Below the pieces are notes generated by a model. That model had not been told where the DNA came from, ran no database searches, and was given only the letters and a program-made list of their open reading frames with translations. Position numbers and translations under genes: made by a program. From assembly GCA_036336835.1 (NCBI GenBank), contig JAYZFK010000019.1, positions 1-30,971 on the forward strand: 30,971 bases of DNA, in the 5' to 3' direction. Shown piece by piece: positions 29,224 to 30,971 of the stretch. The DNA is from Myxococcota bacterium (GTDB lineage Bacteria > Myxococcota_A > UBA9160 > UBA4427). Position 1 is the stretch's first letter. Each line of letters opens with the position of its first letter.

Positions 29224-29751
29224 TTGGCGCGCCTCGCGATCGGACGCGCGACCGGCGCATTCGGTGACGACGGCGCGCTGCGTGTCCGCTGGCTGGGGGA
29301 CGGGCCCGACGGGCTGGTTCGCGCGACGACCGTCTGGCTGGCTCGCGACGACGACGACGCCTTCCCGCGCCGCCACCAGGTGCAAGCGGCTTCCGTGTCG
29401 ACCCGCGGCGAGGTACACATGGAGCTTGCCGGGCTGTCCGAGCGCGCCGACGCCGAGGCCTGCAAGGGTCGCCTCGTGCTGGTGGACGAGGCCGAGCTCG
29501 AGCCGCTCGGCGAGGACGAGTTCTACTGGCACGAGCTGATCGGCTTCGACGTCGTGTCGCAGGACGGCGAACCGGTCGGGCAGGTCGCGGAGCTGTGGGA
29601 GACGGGCGGCCACGATGTGCTGGTGGTGGCCGGCGCCCGGGGCGAGCAGCTGCTGATCCCGACTGCCCGCGAGATCGTGCCCGAGATCGACCGCGCCGGG
29701 CGGCGCGTGGTGGTCGCGGTGATCCCGGGTCTGCTGGAGCCGTCGGGATGA
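29224..29751 (+). CDS. rimM: ribosome maturation factor RimM
   Basis: [33 protein letters not shown]; operon context. Confidence 0.92.
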   Translation: MARLAIGRATGAFGDDGALRVRWLGDGPDGLVRATTVWLARDDDDAFPRRHQVQAASVSTRGEVHMELAGLSERADAEACKGRLVLVDEAELEPLGEDEFYWHELIGFDVVSQDGEPVGQVAELWETGGHDVLVVAGARGEQLLIPTAREIVPEIDRAGRRVVVAVIPGLLEPSG

Positions 29752-30470
29752 AGATCGAGATCATCACCATCTTCCCGGGGCTGTTCGAGGCCTTCCTGGC
29801 GGAGTCGTTCGTGGGGATCGCGGCCAGTCGGGGCCTGATCGAGGCCGCGGCCCACGATCTGCGCGACTGGACGACGGATCGCCACCGCAGCGTGGACGAC
29901 GAGCCCTACGGCGGCGGCCCCGGCATGGTGATGACGCCCGAGCCGCTGGTGAGCGCGATCGAGGCGCTGGCGGGCCCCAAGGGCCCGGGGCGCAGCGCGC
30001 ATGTCGTGGCACTCACGCCCCAGGGTGTCCCGCTCGATCAGCCGGGTCTCGAGCGGCTGGCCGGGCTCTCCCACCTGGTGCTGGTGTGCGGGCGCTACGA
30101 AGGGTTCGACCAGCGCGCAATCGATCTCGCGGTCGACCAAGAGCTCTCGATCGGCGACTACGTGCTTTCGGGCGGCGAGATCCCGGCCATGGTCGTGATC
30201 GAGGGACTGGTCCGGCTGTTGCCCGGAGTGCTCGGAAATCCCGCATCACTGGTGACCGAGTCGTTCCGGGAGGATCTTTTGGAAGGACCGCACTACACTC
30301 GCCCGCCGGTTTTCCGCGGCCTCGAGGTCCCCGAGGTCTTGCGGTCAGGAGATCACGGCGCGATCGAGCATTGGAGACGGGAGCAGGCGCGCGCCGCGAC
30401 CGCTGCGCGCCGCCCCGATCTGTCGGGTGCGTCCGGTCCGCGTTCAGATCAGGGAGAGACCAAGCGATGA
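29748..30470 (+). CDS. trmD: tRNA (guanine-37-N1)-methyltransferase
   Basis: [52 protein letters not shown] overlap with rimM. Confidence 0.97.
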   Translation: MKIEIITIFPGLFEAFLAESFVGIAASRGLIEAAAHDLRDWTTDRHRSVDDEPYGGGPGMVMTPEPLVSAIEALAGPKGPGRSAHVVALTPQGVPLDQPGLERLAGLSHLVLVCGRYEGFDQRAIDLAVDQELSIGDYVLSGGEIPAMVVIEGLVRLLPGVLGNPASLVTESFREDLLEGPHYTRPPVFRGLEVPEVLRSGDHGAIEHWRREQARAATAARRPDLSGASGPRSDQGETKR

Positions 30471-30971
30471 GAAGCCTCGACTTCGTCGATCAGCCGCAGC
30501 TGCGGTCCGATCTGCCTCCGTTTCGCGTCGGCGACACGGTGCGCGTGCACGTGAAGGTGCGCGAGGGCGACAAGGAACGGATCCAGGTGTTCGAGGGCGT
30601 CGTGATCCGTCGCCGCGGCGCCGGCATGAGCGAGAGCTTCACCGTGCGCAAGGTGTCGTACGGTGTGGGCGTCGAGCGCACGCTGCCCCTGCAGTCGCCC
30701 GCCGTCGCCAAGGTCGAGATCAAGCGCCGAGGCTTCGTGCGGCGCTCCCGCCTCTACTTCCTGCGCGACCTGCGCGGCAAGAAGGCCCGCCTCCGCTCGA
30801 AGGTGCGCGATCTCTCCGAGCTGGTCGCGCCCGAGCCCGAAGAGATCGAGGCCGAGGTCGCCGCCGCCGTCGAGCTCGACGAGGAGGCGGTGGCCGCGGC
30901 GGCTGCGGCGGAGGAGGCTGCCGCCGAGGAGGCGCCGGCCGCCGAGGAAGCTTCCACCGAGGAAACGAAGG
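30467..30971 (+). CDS. rplS: 50S ribosomal protein L19 with acidic Ala/Glu tail (runs off the window)
   Basis: [61 protein letters not shown]; no stop before 30971. Not in the ORF track. Confidence 0.96.
   Translation, partial: MRSLDFVDQPQLRSDLPPFRVGDTVRVHVKVREGDKERIQVFEGVVIRRRGAGMSESFTVRKVSYGVGVERTLPLQSPAVAKVEIKRRGFVRRSRLYFLRDLRGKKARLRSKVRDLSELVAPEPEEIEAEVAAAVELDEEAVAAAAAAEEAAAEEAPAAEEASTEETK

Overview
GC-rich bacterial chromosomal region; the gene content (Ser/Thr kinase, Sel1 protein, tandem HtrA) is compatible with a Myxococcota/deltaproteobacteria-like lineage, which is inference only. Most of it is housekeeping: tRNA-Thr(CGT), a class IV aminotransferase-trpS pair, an enoyl-CoA hydratase, a Gfo/Idh/MocA oxidoreductase, arsR-arsI, a membrane Ser/Thr kinase, DAHP synthase, clpB, two HtrA proteases, thiS-thiG-thiE, alr-purD-tsaC, DUF1015-dciA and rpsP-khpA-rimM-trmD-rplS. 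No transposase, integrase, prophage or CRISPR array was seen. Two things stand out. (1) A divergent cluster at 12533-15826 pairs a bacterial Elp3 (radical SAM + KAT) with a SAM methyltransferase carrying Trm9/ALKBH8-like motifs and a SPOUT methylase, a candidate bacterial version of the eukaryotic/archaeal cm5U->mcm5U wobble-uridine pathway. (2) A complete ribosome-mediated attenuator lies upstream of DAHP synthase, with an apparently leaderless 24-aa leader peptide containing F-D-S-Y-W-F-T-G-F, so it could sense all three aromatic amino acids. Lesser findings are an unannotated 34-aa ORF with a structured leader, an atypical class IV aminotransferase, repeated leaderless-gene signatures and shared sigma28-like promoters.
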